Numbered from the stretch's first letter, positions 34,578-44,884 are shown. The stretch is DNA of 64,000 bases from a virus (IMGVR_UViG_3300002143_000172:32001-96000), one strand, 5' to 3'. Program-made: numbers and translations. Notes: a model not told the origin generated them from the sequence alone.

Positions 34578-34807
34578 CCGCTCCACCTTAGCAAGAACAA
34601 GGTCAAATACTTCGGCTCTTTAAAAATAAAGGTGGTATTTCCAAACATACTGCTCATGGCCCATTTGCGACCGTTGTCCCAGTCCACGCTATCAGTGCCC
34701 CACCCACCTGCTCCTACATTGTCGTGGCACCATTGTTCCATCTTACTGTTAAGGTGATACCGGTTTCTGCCAACGGTAATACAGTGTGTGCGCGGAATCA
34801 TGACCAT
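34574..34807 (-). CDS. Small F-x-L-R-W family protein
   Basis: EQWC...FKE...FLLRWS. Confidence 0.65.
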   Translation of the reverse strand: MVMIPRTHCITVGRNRYHLNSKMEQWCHDNVGAGGWGTDSVDWDNGRKWAMSSMFGNTTFIFKEPKYLTLFLLRWSG

Positions 34808-35082
34808 CTTAATATAAACATTGTAGCGTCTTTCGGATCTTCAAAAATAAAGTGCCTACCGTTTCGATAGTAAGTACCTTTTGTATTTTCTTCAACCCAA
34901 TAGGTAATATCAACTGCGTGATGATTGTCTATGAATTTAGCTAAGTTAACCAATTGCCAACCTTGTTCCTCGAGCATGGTTACTCGTATACCCCAAAGTA
35001 TTTCTGCATCGATCTCTCGGGCCATTTGGTTAGCCATCTTGTTGGCTAGTTCTTCCTCTAATGGCATATTAGAAATATTCAT
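34798..35082 (-). CDS. Small F-x-L-R-W family protein
   Basis: FEDPKDATMFILRWS. Confidence 0.65.
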   Translation of the reverse strand: MNISNMPLEEELANKMANQMAREIDAEILWGIRVTMLEEQGWQLVNLAKFIDNHHAVDITYWVEENTKGTYYRNGRHFIFEDPKDATMFILRWS

Positions 35083-35290
35083 CTGGTTCCGCAAAGTAAT
35101 CCCAACCTTTCCCACCTAGCATTTTCAGTAGGTCCCATTTGTCTTCTTCACGCTTACACGCTTCGGGCATAGCATCACTACCCACTACACACTCGCATTG
35201 GGCACAAAAATAATTCACTCCGTATGTAGGTTCGTCATAGTAGGCAACTCCGCCACAGGGTAATACCATATAGTCCGAATAATCAATCAT
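35069..35290 (-). CDS. Small Cys-rich hypothetical protein
   Basis: LPCGG...CAQC..VVGS. Confidence 0.6.
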   Translation of the reverse strand: MIDYSDYMVLPCGGVAYYDEPTYGVNYFCAQCECVVGSDAMPEACKREEDKWDLLKMLGGKGWDYFAEPDEYF

Positions 35291-35529
35291 GAGAACCTCA
35301 ACAAAAACATTAGATACTTTTTTTCATCTACAATTTTAGTAGGTCCAGCTAGACCGGGACCGTATATACCAGTATGAATCAGCATCGGAACCCAATCTAT
35401 TCCATGTTCGGAAATCATATGAGATTTCAATGCCCTGGTGTCAAGTAGAAGTTCAATAGGAGCTGTTGCCTCCCATCGGTCTATAGCTTTGAAAAATGCG
35501 TCATCATTTATTGTATGTGTCATGACCAC
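35287..35529 (-). CDS. Small F-x-L-R-F family protein
   Basis: IVDEKKYLMFLLRFS. Confidence 0.65.
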   Translation of the reverse strand: MVMTHTINDDAFFKAIDRWEATAPIELLLDTRALKSHMISEHGIDWVPMLIHTGIYGPGLAGPTKIVDEKKYLMFLLRFS

Positions 35530-35789
35530 CTCAGGATAAACATGGTCATATCTCTCTCATCTTTAAAGTAGAACTTCTTTTTCTTTTCAAACCAACGGGC
35601 ACCACTTTTTCCAAATTGTTCTTTGGACCATTCTATAGCAGGAGTGACGGTATCATCATACTTATTTTTTTCAGTAACGGGCAATGATACCCAATGGTAT
35701 TCCATCCCCCAGCCGCTAGCTTTTCCTGTTCGCATGGGCTCGAGCTCGGACTCCAGCTGGATACCGTTAAAAATATTAGCTATACTCAT
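35520..35789 (-). CDS. Small F-x-L-R-W family protein
   Basis: FKDERDMTMFILRWS. Confidence 0.65.
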   Translation of the reverse strand: MSIANIFNGIQLESELEPMRTGKASGWGMEYHWVSLPVTEKNKYDDTVTPAIEWSKEQFGKSGARWFEKKKKFYFKDERDMTMFILRWS

Positions 35790-36075
35790 TTGCCCACCGT
35801 AATATAAACCATGTTAAATCTTTCTTATCACGGAACCAAATCTTGGCATTGTTAGTGTACCATCTCTGATTTGGAAAAATAATCCCCGGTCGACTAACAT
35901 CAATCTTTACAGGACCGAAAGTGTTAACACACCATTCAACCATATGGTTCCATCTGCGTTCTTCTTCATCGAGCACCTCGATAAGATTAATTATCCCTTC
36001 ATGTTCGGGATGTCCGATACCTACTACATGGTATTCAAACCCGTAGACATTACCGCGATATGTAGTAAGGTTCAT
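35776..36075 (-). CDS. Small F-x-L-R-W family protein
   Basis: EWCVNTFG...FRDKKDLTWFILRWA. Confidence 0.65.
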   Translation of the reverse strand: MNLTTYRGNVYGFEYHVVGIGHPEHEGIINLIEVLDEEERRWNHMVEWCVNTFGPVKIDVSRPGIIFPNQRWYTNNAKIWFRDKKDLTWFILRWANEYS

Positions 36076-36263
36076 TAAGGCCCCCACTTTAACAGAAACA
36101 TAAGATGGTCCTGTTTATTTAAAAAGTATATTTTAGGAAACCTACAGAAATATCTATTGCTATTGCCGTAGGTCTCTTCAAGCCACTCTAGTATTTCTCT
36201 AGAAAGAAAACTACCATTGAGTTCAATTACATGATACTCGTGATCTAAAGTGATCGTTGGCAT
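36075..36263 (-). CDS. Small F-x-L-K-W family protein
   Basis: EWLEETYG...FLNKQDHLMFLLKWG. Confidence 0.65.
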   Translation of the reverse strand: MPTITLDHEYHVIELNGSFLSREILEWLEETYGNSNRYFCRFPKIYFLNKQDHLMFLLKWGP

Positions 36264-36266
36264 CGA

Positions 36267-37082
36267 TCATACTTCAAAAGTAAAGTTAGGATCAAAGCCA
36301 TTTCCCTCTTCCCAAGGACAGTAGCCCCGCGGGTTACAGATTACACGGGCGCCCCCGATCATGTAGTCAACTGGATCATGCATATGACCATGCACCCAGA
36401 ACTTAATCTGCGGATGATCTAAAATCAAATCACTCAGGTCAGATGCATAGGCACCGTTAACCACAGTATCATGCAGATACTTTGCGTTAACACTGGCAAA
36501 GCTAGGGGCCATGTGTGTAATGACCACAATGGGTTTATCCTTATTCAATTCCAAAATAGTTCCAAAATACTGCTTAGTCTTGAAATGTGCCGTTGCGGTA
36601 TCTTCCGGAGTTAACTTGTGATAGAGATTCTTTGCAGGATAAAAATTTTGAATAACCCGGTAGTCATTCATAACTCCCTTAATCGTGTATCTAGTCACAT
36701 GATCCCCCTTGTTAAGGTCTGTCCAAAGGGTAGCACCCAAAAATAGCACACCTTTGTACTCCTCAACTTCGTTCTCCAACAGGCTAACATTCTTTGGAAG
36801 GACTGATTTGAGTAGGTTGTAGGTCTTGTCAAAGCGGCCGCCGTAATGGTCGTGATTTCCCATAATCATAAACACCTTTTCGTATTTGGCAGTCACAAAT
36901 TCAAAAAAGTCCGAGCAAGGGAATCCACCGGGCTGCCGGTCCAGAAGCTTGGTGCTGTGAAATTCTTTGTGAAGATTTCGGGCCTCACAAGCATCTCCGG
37001 CAATGATCAGCACTTCTCCCCCTGGAAGATCTAGGTACTTAGATATATCAAGATGGAGGTCGCTAACTAGTGAGATTTTCAT
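36267..37082 (-). CDS. Calcineurin-like metallophosphoesterase
   Basis: SDLH, AGD, GNHD, ITHMAP, HGHMH, NPRGY. Confidence 0.9.
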   Translation of the reverse strand: MKISLVSDLHLDISKYLDLPGGEVLIIAGDACEARNLHKEFHSTKLLDRQPGGFPCSDFFEFVTAKYEKVFMIMGNHDHYGGRFDKTYNLLKSVLPKNVSLLENEVEEYKGVLFLGATLWTDLNKGDHVTRYTIKGVMNDYRVIQNFYPAKNLYHKLTPEDTATAHFKTKQYFGTILELNKDKPIVVITHMAPSFASVNAKYLHDTVVNGAYASDLSDLILDHPQIKFWVHGHMHDPVDYMIGGARVICNPRGYCPWEEGNGFDPNFTFEV

Positions 37083-37146
37083 TGTATACATCCGGTAAAA
37101 TTAATTATTATTATACAATGAAAATTGGTTTTTTGTCAAGAGAAAA

Positions 37147-37347
37147 TTATCGAGCAACAGCCTTAAAGATTCCAGTCCAGCGTTCAATATCATCCGCAGT
37201 GGGGGTAGCTTCGGGCAAAGATACATCCTGCTTTAGTATTTCTTCGTTATTTAGAGATTTGGTTATCAACAGCTCTGCACCTCGTTTGGATATTCTCCTA
37301 ACTGTTAATGTATAGATTCCATCTTTTAATTTATAAAGTTCTTCCAT
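37147..37347 (-). CDS. Hypothetical protein
   Basis: Paralogue at 38908..39069. Confidence 0.6.
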   Translation of the reverse strand: MEELYKLKDGIYTLTVRRISKRGAELLITKSLNNEEILKQDVSLPEATPTADDIERWTGIFKAVAR

Positions 37348-38381
37348 TACCGATTTTCCCAGTGTTTGTAAATATTATCCAACGCTTGTTCTGCCGCTAT
37401 TTCAATCTGTTTTAGGTATCCAACAGGGTCATTTAATAAAAATTGATCTTGTGCATCTAGATATGTTTTTAGATTTCGTTGTATAAAATCTTTCCAATGC
37501 CGGTTCAACTCGTTACCTAATAATGATGAAATCTGATCAGCCAATTCGTCGGGCTTGTTTTCTAAAATAGCACGATAAGGCAATACACTACACTCGTTGT
37601 CTACATAATGTCTGTAGGAATTTACTATCTTATACGGAGCATGTTTATGTTCTGGAATTGTTTCTATTACACAATTAACTATATCTTTCTTTTTAACAAA
37701 ACTCTCATCTATATGATGAATCAGTTTATAGTATTTCAGCATGGTCCTAAAAATAGCATAGGCAACTATTGGAAAATACTCCTGTCTTTTTCTATTTTTA
37801 AGAACATGCGCCGCAATGTCTTTGTATTGTTCTCCAAACTTCGATGTTAAATTTTTAACACATTTTGAAATCCAAGTTCGATTATTAAAAAAATCCTCAT
37901 CGACAAAAGCAGGAGGAGTAGAATCTAATCTATTTTTTAATTGTTGTAACAATGTTATCACGAGTTTTTCTTTTACAGATTCTTGTGTGATTACTAATAT
38001 GCGACAATTTGGAAATAGATTCCTATACAGGGGTATATTGCTAAAGTCGTGAGTCCAAACAACTTCGGGCTGACAGTCTACAGTTTGATACTGATCAGTT
38101 ATAAGATCTTTGTAGTATGTTAATTTTTCTTCTGGAGTATTGAATTGAGATTGGAAACGCATCCCACAATCTAAATAATCTCTCCTCTCTATTTTTTTAA
38201 TCGACTCTGCATGAGCATGTCCCGAAGAAGACAGAACTACATCACTTTCTATATTATAATGTATTTTAGACACTAGATTAAAAATAAAATTTCCGCCGGC
38301 ACCCGGATGGAATATTATAAATTTATGGGGGAGGGCAAATATAGAAGTATTATTCAACATCGTAATCAATATTGGTAACAA
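37347..38381 (-). CDS. Hypothetical protein, P-loop/sulfotransferase-like
   Basis: HPGAGGNF near N-terminus; start uncertain. Confidence 0.45.
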   Translation of the reverse strand: MLPILITMLNNTSIFALPHKFIIFHPGAGGNFIFNLVSKIHYNIESDVVLSSSGHAHAESIKKIERRDYLDCGMRFQSQFNTPEEKLTYYKDLITDQYQTVDCQPEVVWTHDFSNIPLYRNLFPNCRILVITQESVKEKLVITLLQQLKNRLDSTPPAFVDEDFFNNRTWISKCVKNLTSKFGEQYKDIAAHVLKNRKRQEYFPIVAYAIFRTMLKYYKLIHHIDESFVKKKDIVNCVIETIPEHKHAPYKIVNSYRHYVDNECSVLPYRAILENKPDELADQISSLLGNELNRHWKDFIQRNLKTYLDAQDQFLLNDPVGYLKQIEIAAEQALDNIYKHWENR

Positions 38382-38856
38382 ATTCCTGCATCTTTAGATG
38401 CTCTCGATTTTTTACATATATGCCAGGACTGCGTGAACCGATTCCAGAAACATCAAAATAGTTGTTAAATTTAACACCAAATTTACTAAAGTCAACATTG
38501 GTATCTTTATGGGCACCGATGGTTATTATAAAGTTAGGTTTGCGTACATTGTTCTTTACCAATCGATTCATCAAACTATAAGTAGTCTCGGCGCCCTTGC
38601 TAAATCCGTAGAGTTCATAGTAGCCTGCTGAGTTATTGATAATATTGTAGGCCACGGTTTCTTGTCGCCAAGAAACAACTATTGGGAGTAGTTTCCTAGA
38701 TTTGGCAAATTTAAAAAATGCCTGATGATCAAATGTTTCGTTTAGACCTGTAAAGCCGATTATGAAACCGTAATAAGTTGGCCGCGATGCTTCAACTGCG
38801 GTTGTGATACTACCAAATATTAAAATAATAAAAACATTTATGATAAACTTTTTCAT
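38350..38856 (-). CDS. Secreted alpha/beta-hydrolase-like protein
   Basis: Signal peptide, GFSKG nucleophile elbow. Confidence 0.5.
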   Translation of the reverse strand: MKKFIINVFIILIFGSITTAVEASRPTYYGFIIGFTGLNETFDHQAFFKFAKSRKLLPIVVSWRQETVAYNIINNSAGYYELYGFSKGAETTYSLMNRLVKNNVRKPNFIITIGAHKDTNVDFSKFGVKFNNYFDVSGIGSRSPGIYVKNREHLKMQEFVTNIDYDVE

Positions 38857-38907
38857 TAGGCATATGGATTGATTAAGTTAAAATTAATATTTCGTTTATT
38901 CTTTTCA

Positions 38908-39069
38908 TTAATTCCAGCTCACATTATAAGTTTCAGGAAGTGACACATCCTGTTTTAATACTTCTTCGTTACTGGGAGATTTGGTTATTAATAGTTCTGC
39001 GCCTCTTTTGGAAATTTTTTTAACTATTAAGGTATGTGCAGAACTATCTATTCTATAAAGCTCTGACAT
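38908..39069 (-). CDS. 53-aa paralogue of 37147..37347
   Basis: ISKRGAELLITKS..NEE.LKQDVSLPE shared. Confidence 0.6.
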   Translation of the reverse strand: MSELYRIDSSAHTLIVKKISKRGAELLITKSPSNEEVLKQDVSLPETYNVSWN

Positions 39070-39071
39070 CT

Positions 39072-39542
39072 TTAAATATCTTTTAGCATCTTATAAAATT
39101 GAGGCATAAAATCAACGGATTTTGCACTTGCCAATCTAGCGGCATTATCCACATGAACAAAACTGGTTATTTGGTTAGCACCTAATTTCTTAGACATTTT
39201 TTCAAATTCATAATGCATTATCTTGTATAAGCCTCTTTTTCTGTATGCTTGATCGATAGCACTAAGCACAATAAATGTTTGTCGTTGATCGCTTTTATAA
39301 TTAAACATAATATGGCCAACGATTTTTTTATCGATTTCTATATATATAGCTTGAGTTTTTGAATTATATCCCGGCCAGGAAACTCCGTGACCATTTTCTA
39401 TCAGCTCAGCTAACTGTTTATAAAAAAACGACATTAGTTCTGTAGGTCCTAACCCTGTTTGATTACAAAATTTAATATCTACAGTCGCACCCTTTTTATC
39501 AGTTGCGGTTCCTAATGAAGTTACAGTAAAATTTGTGGTCAT
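39072..39542 (-). CDS. GNAT acetyltransferase
   Basis: YRKRGLY, VHVDN. Confidence 0.75.
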   Translation of the reverse strand: MTTNFTVTSLGTATDKKGATVDIKFCNQTGLGPTELMSFFYKQLAELIENGHGVSWPGYNSKTQAIYIEIDKKIVGHIMFNYKSDQRQTFIVLSAIDQAYRKRGLYKIMHYEFEKMSKKLGANQITSFVHVDNAARLASAKSVDFMPQFYKMLKDI

Positions 39543-39579
39543 TTAACACCTTGAATTATCATGGTATTTATTTACAGGT

Positions 39580-40110
39580 CTATCGAGGCCTAATTTTTAG
39601 TTTGGTATAGATATTTTGTACACCCACTGACTGACGAATAGCATCTTGTAGTGCATCATGGAGGCCCCCTTTAGGCATATCTGGATCAAATCCTAAATCA
39701 AAGATTGTGCGTGTATCGCGGATTTGCCAGTAATTCCAGGGCAGAGGTTTTCCAAGCTGGCGATAGATATTTTCTAGGATAGTGATATCGAAGGTAGAAC
39801 CGTGTGCCCAAAATGCATCACAGCCCCAGGCAAACTTATGAAATCGGTCCATTGCTTCTACAAGGGGAACTCGATTGTCCGGACTAAATGCTTCTTCCAT
39901 TACTTTGGCATCTTGCTTAGCCCACCAATCTAGTGTGTTTGGATCTACTTCCCGGCCGAGAGCATCCTGATCGTCGATATTGATACGCATATAGAGTTTG
40001 TCGCTATATCCGTTTCCGTAGGGATTAAAGTGTACAGCGCCCAATGAAAGGACAACTGCATTTGGGGAAACTGCCATAGTTTCCATATCTACCATAAGAT
40101 GTTTGGCCAT
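39580..40110 (-). CDS. DEDDh 3'-5' exonuclease (Rv2179c-like)
   Basis: MVDMET, FDITIL, RDTRT, HDALQDA. Confidence 0.88.
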   Translation of the reverse strand: MAKHLMVDMETMAVSPNAVVLSLGAVHFNPYGNGYSDKLYMRINIDDQDALGREVDPNTLDWWAKQDAKVMEEAFSPDNRVPLVEAMDRFHKFAWGCDAFWAHGSTFDITILENIYRQLGKPLPWNYWQIRDTRTIFDLGFDPDMPKGGLHDALQDAIRQSVGVQNIYTKLKIRPR

Positions 40111-40216
40111 TGTAGTCTTTCTATTAAAATACTATTATACTGTTTTCTTTTATCTAAGTCAACTGAAATTAAACATTAAATACAGTTATTATTTGATAAG
40201 TAACCTAAAGGACCAA

Positions 40217-40813
40217 ATGACACAAGATCTAGCGCAACCTCTAAAGGTAATCCAAGATTCCATCCCCACGGATATCGCTTATCAAGTAAGGGCCGAATTT
40301 GAAACAGCAGATTACGACAAAATTATCCAAGAACGAACAAGACAGTTTGCTAGAGAATTTCCGGAACCTTTACCAAATATGCCTGGTGCCGATGAAATTT
40401 ATTATTCTGAATGCTATCGTTCAAAATACTTAGAAAATAGTCCACTTGTATTAGAAACATTCAATCAACATCTAAAGCCTATTATCGAAGCAGAAACGAA
40501 TAAAGTTATTATTGATGCAGACCTACGATGCTACAAGATGACCGAAGGGGGGCATTTTAGAATACACAGAGATTCAAATAGATCCGACATTGGATTTATA
40601 CTTTATCTAAGCGAGAACTGGAAGTGGGATTGGGGTGGACTGTTGCTAGTGGTGCAGGACGACGATACTGCAACTGTTACTATTCCAAAGTTTAATCAAC
40701 TAGTCATTATGGATCACAAATATAGTCAGATGCCGCATTGCGTGACTCCAATAACTAGGTTTGCCAAAGAACCTAGATTTATACTAGTTGGATTTTTAAG
40801 ATCTAAAGATTAG
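40217..40813 (+). CDS. 2OG-Fe(II) oxygenase (prolyl hydroxylase-like)
   Basis: HRD, YLS..W..DWGG, PHCVTP, R. Confidence 0.8.
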   Translation: MTQDLAQPLKVIQDSIPTDIAYQVRAEFETADYDKIIQERTRQFAREFPEPLPNMPGADEIYYSECYRSKYLENSPLVLETFNQHLKPIIEAETNKVIIDADLRCYKMTEGGHFRIHRDSNRSDIGFILYLSENWKWDWGGLLLVVQDDDTATVTIPKFNQLVIMDHKYSQMPHCVTPITRFAKEPRFILVGFLRSKD

Positions 40814-41049
40814 TATAATTTTTTTGGAAGTTGCTGATCGGAAAGCTTCTTTAGCCAGCGGGCTCTAGCCGCGCCCTTCTTTCTCTTGCGGGCAGTAGTT
40901 GGCTTTTCATAAAACATTCTACTCTTAAGCTCTTCTAATTTTCCAGAGTCGTCAACTTTCTGTTTAAACTTGCGTAGTGCAACATTTATAGGCATAGTGT
41001 CTGTTAAGACAACTTTAATACCTTGAATTATTTCTTTACTTTTGCTCAT
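40810..41049 (-). CDS. rpsU: Ribosomal protein bS21
   Basis: ALRKFKQKV...L.ELK.R.FYEKPT..RKRKK.AA.AR. Confidence 0.9.
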   Translation of the reverse strand: MSKSKEIIQGIKVVLTDTMPINVALRKFKQKVDDSGKLEELKSRMFYEKPTTARKRKKGAARARWLKKLSDQQLPKKLY

Positions 41050-42265
41050 TTTTCTCTTTTTTATCGAATATCATCACCGCAGGGGTTCCGGAAATTGTTT
41101 CTTTACTTATCACTATCTTGTTTAAACCACGCTCAACTAAGTTCATAGCGTCAAATTGATAGGGTAATAGTGTTTTTTCTAGAATATTCTTAAGGCCGCG
41201 AGCATTAGTTTTTAGCTCTTTGGCTCTTCTCGCAATCTCTTTTAAAGCCGATGTTTCAAATTGTAGATCGATCCCATCAATTTCAAAAATATACTGATAC
41301 TGCTTGCTAGGACTATTTTTTGTTTCTGTAAGTATTTGTACCAGTTGATTTTCAGTTAGTTCATCTACATTGGTAATGATTCCAAATCTTCCAACAAATT
41401 CTGGAATAAATCCGTATTGTATTAAATCTTTAGGAATCACTTCTCGATAGTGGTCTGACTGTTGTGATGCTGTAGGAATTGCTGAATGGAATCCGACTCC
41501 TCTATTTTCTAATCTTGATTTAACGATCTTTTCTAATCCAACAAATGACCCGCCGCAGATAAACAAGATTCCCGATGTATCAATTTCTTGCATATCACCG
41601 CCCGGGTGCTTTCTCTTTCCGGTGTGCGGTACTCGCATAATACTACCTTCGATCATCTTTAGCAGAGCTTGTTGTACACCCTCTCCACTTACATCTCGAC
41701 TAATATTGACACTTTCACCTTTCCGAGCAATCTTATCAATTTCGTCAATGTAAACGATTCCTCTGCTGGCTTTTTCTATATCTCCGTCTGCTTCATTAAT
41801 AAGTCGTAGTAGAATACTTTCAACATCGTCGCCCACATATCCTGCTTCTGTAACACTAGTGGCATCGCAAATTGCAAAAGGTAGATCTAGAAATTCAGCA
41901 ATTTTTCGGGCTAGCATTGTTTTGCCGCATCCTGTTGGTCCCAGGAGTAGCACATTAGTTTTTTCTAATTTGATGTCTTTGCTAGGATTAAAAATTCGTT
42001 TGAAATGTTGACTAATTGCCACACTTAAACTTATCTTTGCATCTTCCTGTCCTGTAATGTATTCGTCGAGATAGTCTTTAATTAAGCAAGGATTTAACAC
42101 TTTCTTGTCTGACGGGAACGCTTTAATCTTTTCATCCTCTAAGATGTTAACACAAAGATCTATGCAATCATTACATATGGCGGCGTGATCACCAACGATC
42201 AACTTCGTAACATCTTCTTTGCTTTTGCCGCAAAAATCACAACTGTGGTTCACTTGTTTTGGCAC
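41036..42265 (-). CDS. clpX: ATP-dependent Clp protease ATPase ClpX
   Basis: C4 Zn finger, GPTGCGKT, TEAGYVGDDVE, DEIDK, RDVSGEGVQQ, RKHP. Confidence 0.95.
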   Translation of the reverse strand: MPKQVNHSCDFCGKSKEDVTKLIVGDHAAICNDCIDLCVNILEDEKIKAFPSDKKVLNPCLIKDYLDEYITGQEDAKISLSVAISQHFKRIFNPSKDIKLEKTNVLLLGPTGCGKTMLARKIAEFLDLPFAICDATSVTEAGYVGDDVESILLRLINEADGDIEKASRGIVYIDEIDKIARKGESVNISRDVSGEGVQQALLKMIEGSIMRVPHTGKRKHPGGDMQEIDTSGILFICGGSFVGLEKIVKSRLENRGVGFHSAIPTASQQSDHYREVIPKDLIQYGFIPEFVGRFGIITNVDELTENQLVQILTETKNSPSKQYQYIFEIDGIDLQFETSALKEIARRAKELKTNARGLKNILEKTLLPYQFDAMNLVERGLNKIVISKETISGTPAVMIFDKKEKNEQK

Positions 42266-42650
42266 TGTTTAATACGCTCTCTAAAAAATGTTCTATATGA
42301 GTTACCCTATTTGAATTAATGTGATCATAAATTCCCGAAAGATTTACATCTTCAGTTTTATAATAAACACCATTTCTACTTAGGATATATCCGCTCAAAG
42401 CCTGCGTAATAATATTTACACAATCAATGTTTATATACTTATACTCAGATCGGTTAAGGGCGTACAAAAACCAAACAATATTAGCTTCACTGCTATACAC
42501 ATACAAATTTAAATCTTCTGGGACATCGTGAGTTGCTAACCACTTACTAACAAAATCTTGTTCTTCCTCTGACATGTGAATTAGGAATATACTTTTATTG
42601 CTATTCTCAAAAATGTCAGGTGGGGTAATTAGAGTAATATTTCCCTGCAC
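42237..42650 (-). CDS. Hypothetical protein
   Basis: ORF in operon. Confidence 0.6.
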   Translation of the reverse strand: MQGNITLITPPDIFENSNKSIFLIHMSEEEQDFVSKWLATHDVPEDLNLYVYSSEANIVWFLYALNRSEYKYINIDCVNIITQALSGYILSRNGVYYKTEDVNLSGIYDHINSNRVTHIEHFLESVLNSAKTSEPQL

Positions 42651-42652
42651 AG

Positions 42653-43951
42653 TTATTCCTTATTGGGTAGTTTGGTCTTGGACCAAAGTCCACTTTGACC
42701 TTGTTCTTCATTCTGAACATAGAGAGTAGAATCAACCGCAGTTTCTACTTTAGGAGGGACAGCGCCTCTACGGTAAGTCTGCCCGTTTACAGTAACATAC
42801 TCCCCGCTTGCAAATTGTTTCTCTTCAAGTTTGGGTAATGTTGGTTCTTCCAGCTTCTGTTGCACAACTTCCTCAGTAATCGAAGTCATGGTTTCTGGAG
42901 ACTTGAACACTTTCACTTCTGGAAGATTTTTACGAGACCTAGAAATAATGGTCCTAATAGATTTACTAGGTTTGGCAAGTTCGGCCGTTTGTTGGACTGG
43001 CTTAACAACGGGTTCTGTGACAGTGGGGTCCTGGACAGCTATGACTGACTCAGTTCCTAGTGGGCTGTCACCCTCCGCCAATTCTTCAGTTGGAATAGGA
43101 GCAGTGGGCACGGGAACAACACCTACGATAGTACCTTCACTGTCTTGTATTAGATCGCCTTCTTTTTGTTGATCGCTTTTTCTAAATTGAGCAAAACTAT
43201 ATTGGCTTGCTAGTAGTAGTATAACCGCTAGAGGATCGAATACTACGATAAGGATAATAATGACCCATGTAACAGCCTTTTCTAATACTGCTTGCTCTGT
43301 GTCGCCATAGATAAACGATGCGATGTATTTTATTGGACCAACTTCGGCTTCGACTTTTCTAACCTCTGCCGCAATTGGAGCTCGTTCTTCATTAAGTGCG
43401 GTAACCTTTTTCTGTTCAGTTTCGATCTCAGCAAGTAACCTAGTGCGTTCTTTCCGTTGAGTACGCCGTATCGCCACAGCCTTATCCGCACCTTTCTCGT
43501 CTGAACTTCGACCCATAACTTGATCAACAGCCTCGTCCATTTGCTTAAGAGCCTTGCGGTTAACATCTATATTTTCCTTTGATACTTTAATTTTTTCATC
43601 ATAAACTGATATCTTGGCTAAAACATCACCGCTGACTAAACTTTGCTCACTGTGTGCTTTAGACAAGAAACCAAAAATACCCATGCTGGTAATCAGCATC
43701 AGCACCATGATAGCAACGCCCAGATAGATTCTAATGGGCCAGGGAGATAATTCCCAATTTTGTTTGAGCCATAGTGTTGCGGAGATCTTTCCAATGCCCA
43801 ATGCAATTCCCATAATAACTACAGGAATAACTGCGGCGGCAAAAATTGCAGTGAGACCTAGGATACTGTAGTATTCTGCAACTACTGAAATTGCTAGCCC
43901 GCTAATCAAGGCGAGGAATGCTATAAACTTCTCATTTGTTGTTGGTTTCAT
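42653..43951 (-). CDS. Membrane protein with coiled coil
   Basis: N-terminal TM helices, GIFGFLSKAH, EVGPIKYIA, VFDPLAV. Confidence 0.7.
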   Translation of the reverse strand: MKPTTNEKFIAFLALISGLAISVVAEYYSILGLTAIFAAAVIPVVIMGIALGIGKISATLWLKQNWELSPWPIRIYLGVAIMVLMLITSMGIFGFLSKAHSEQSLVSGDVLAKISVYDEKIKVSKENIDVNRKALKQMDEAVDQVMGRSSDEKGADKAVAIRRTQRKERTRLLAEIETEQKKVTALNEERAPIAAEVRKVEAEVGPIKYIASFIYGDTEQAVLEKAVTWVIIILIVVFDPLAVILLLASQYSFAQFRKSDQQKEGDLIQDSEGTIVGVVPVPTAPIPTEELAEGDSPLGTESVIAVQDPTVTEPVVKPVQQTAELAKPSKSIRTIISRSRKNLPEVKVFKSPETMTSITEEVVQQKLEEPTLPKLEEKQFASGEYVTVNGQTYRRGAVPPKVETAVDSTLYVQNEEQGQSGLWSKTKLPNKE

Positions 43952-43962
43952 ATTATCTATAT

Positions 43963-44487
43963 TTATTCAAATAATCCTTTCCAAGTTTTTATTAAAATCT
44001 TTGGTTTTCTTTGGATATTCTTTTCGTCGTTTATGTTTCCAATTGGTTTATCACCCACAAGTTCAACATATTTTTTAATTAGGTAAGTTTCCATTGCAAG
44101 TACTTCGTCCCACCAATTGATAGTTATAAACGGATATTGTGTGCAGTCGTACACAGTAATGGTGAGTTTTGTATGATCGATTCCAAATCCATACAAAATT
44201 TCAAAGGCTTCTTCAGTAATTCGAAAGGCAGATCCACTGTTCCCGGTGAGTCTCTTATTACCCCAACTTTTACAATTTCCAATTTGTCGATAAAGGCGCT
44301 CACCGTAATTTTTAGAATTATCTCCGCTCATTCCATATTTGATAACAATACCGTTATACACAATACGATACAAGTATTTTCTTATTTTGAATTGTTTCAA
44401 AATCCTCGAAATATCAAACGGAACATCGAGCGTATGCCCTAATATAGTATGTTGGGGAATTAAATTCCAATTTATTGATGTATCCAT
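43963..44487 (-). CDS. Hypothetical protein, possibly GIY-YIG-like
   Basis: YLY...IKYG.S...ERL.RQ. Confidence 0.45.
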   Translation of the reverse strand: MDTSINWNLIPQHTILGHTLDVPFDISRILKQFKIRKYLYRIVYNGIVIKYGMSGDNSKNYGERLYRQIGNCKSWGNKRLTGNSGSAFRITEEAFEILYGFGIDHTKLTITVYDCTQYPFITINWWDEVLAMETYLIKKYVELVGDKPIGNINDEKNIQRKPKILIKTWKGLFE

Positions 44488-44489
44488 AT

Positions 44490-44879
44490 TTATCGCCTCA
44501 TTCTGCTAATATCTCTAGCCTGTTCATCACTAAAAACAGGTATAGCATTGCTCTTATGCATGGTACCTATACCAATAATTTTATTTCCAGTATAGACCTT
44601 GTCGGGCGCCTTAGTGCATGGCTCCCAAGTCGTTATTAGGCTGGGGATTTTTGGATCGTTAGCACCACGATAACTAGGCCTAGGTGCAGTATAGGGTTCT
44701 GCAGATAGCCCACGATTTTTCTTCCTAGCCGCAGTTTCTACTTCGTGCTTCTTTAGCAGTTCTTTCCAAGAAGCATCAAGGTCTCGAGCTTTTTTAGCCG
44801 CTTCAGCAGTTCGAAACTTACGCTTGCCCTTTTTCTTTCCGGTCGTAGATAACCACGGACCTTCGAGGTGCATGGTCAT
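44490..44879 (-). CDS. Phage hypothetical protein
   Basis: YTG...IGIGTMHKSNAIPVF motif. Confidence 0.65.
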   Translation of the reverse strand: MTMHLEGPWLSTTGKKKGKRKFRTAEAAKKARDLDASWKELLKKHEVETAARKKNRGLSAEPYTAPRPSYRGANDPKIPSLITTWEPCTKAPDKVYTGNKIIGIGTMHKSNAIPVFSDEQARDISRMRR

Positions 44880-44884
44880 AGCTA

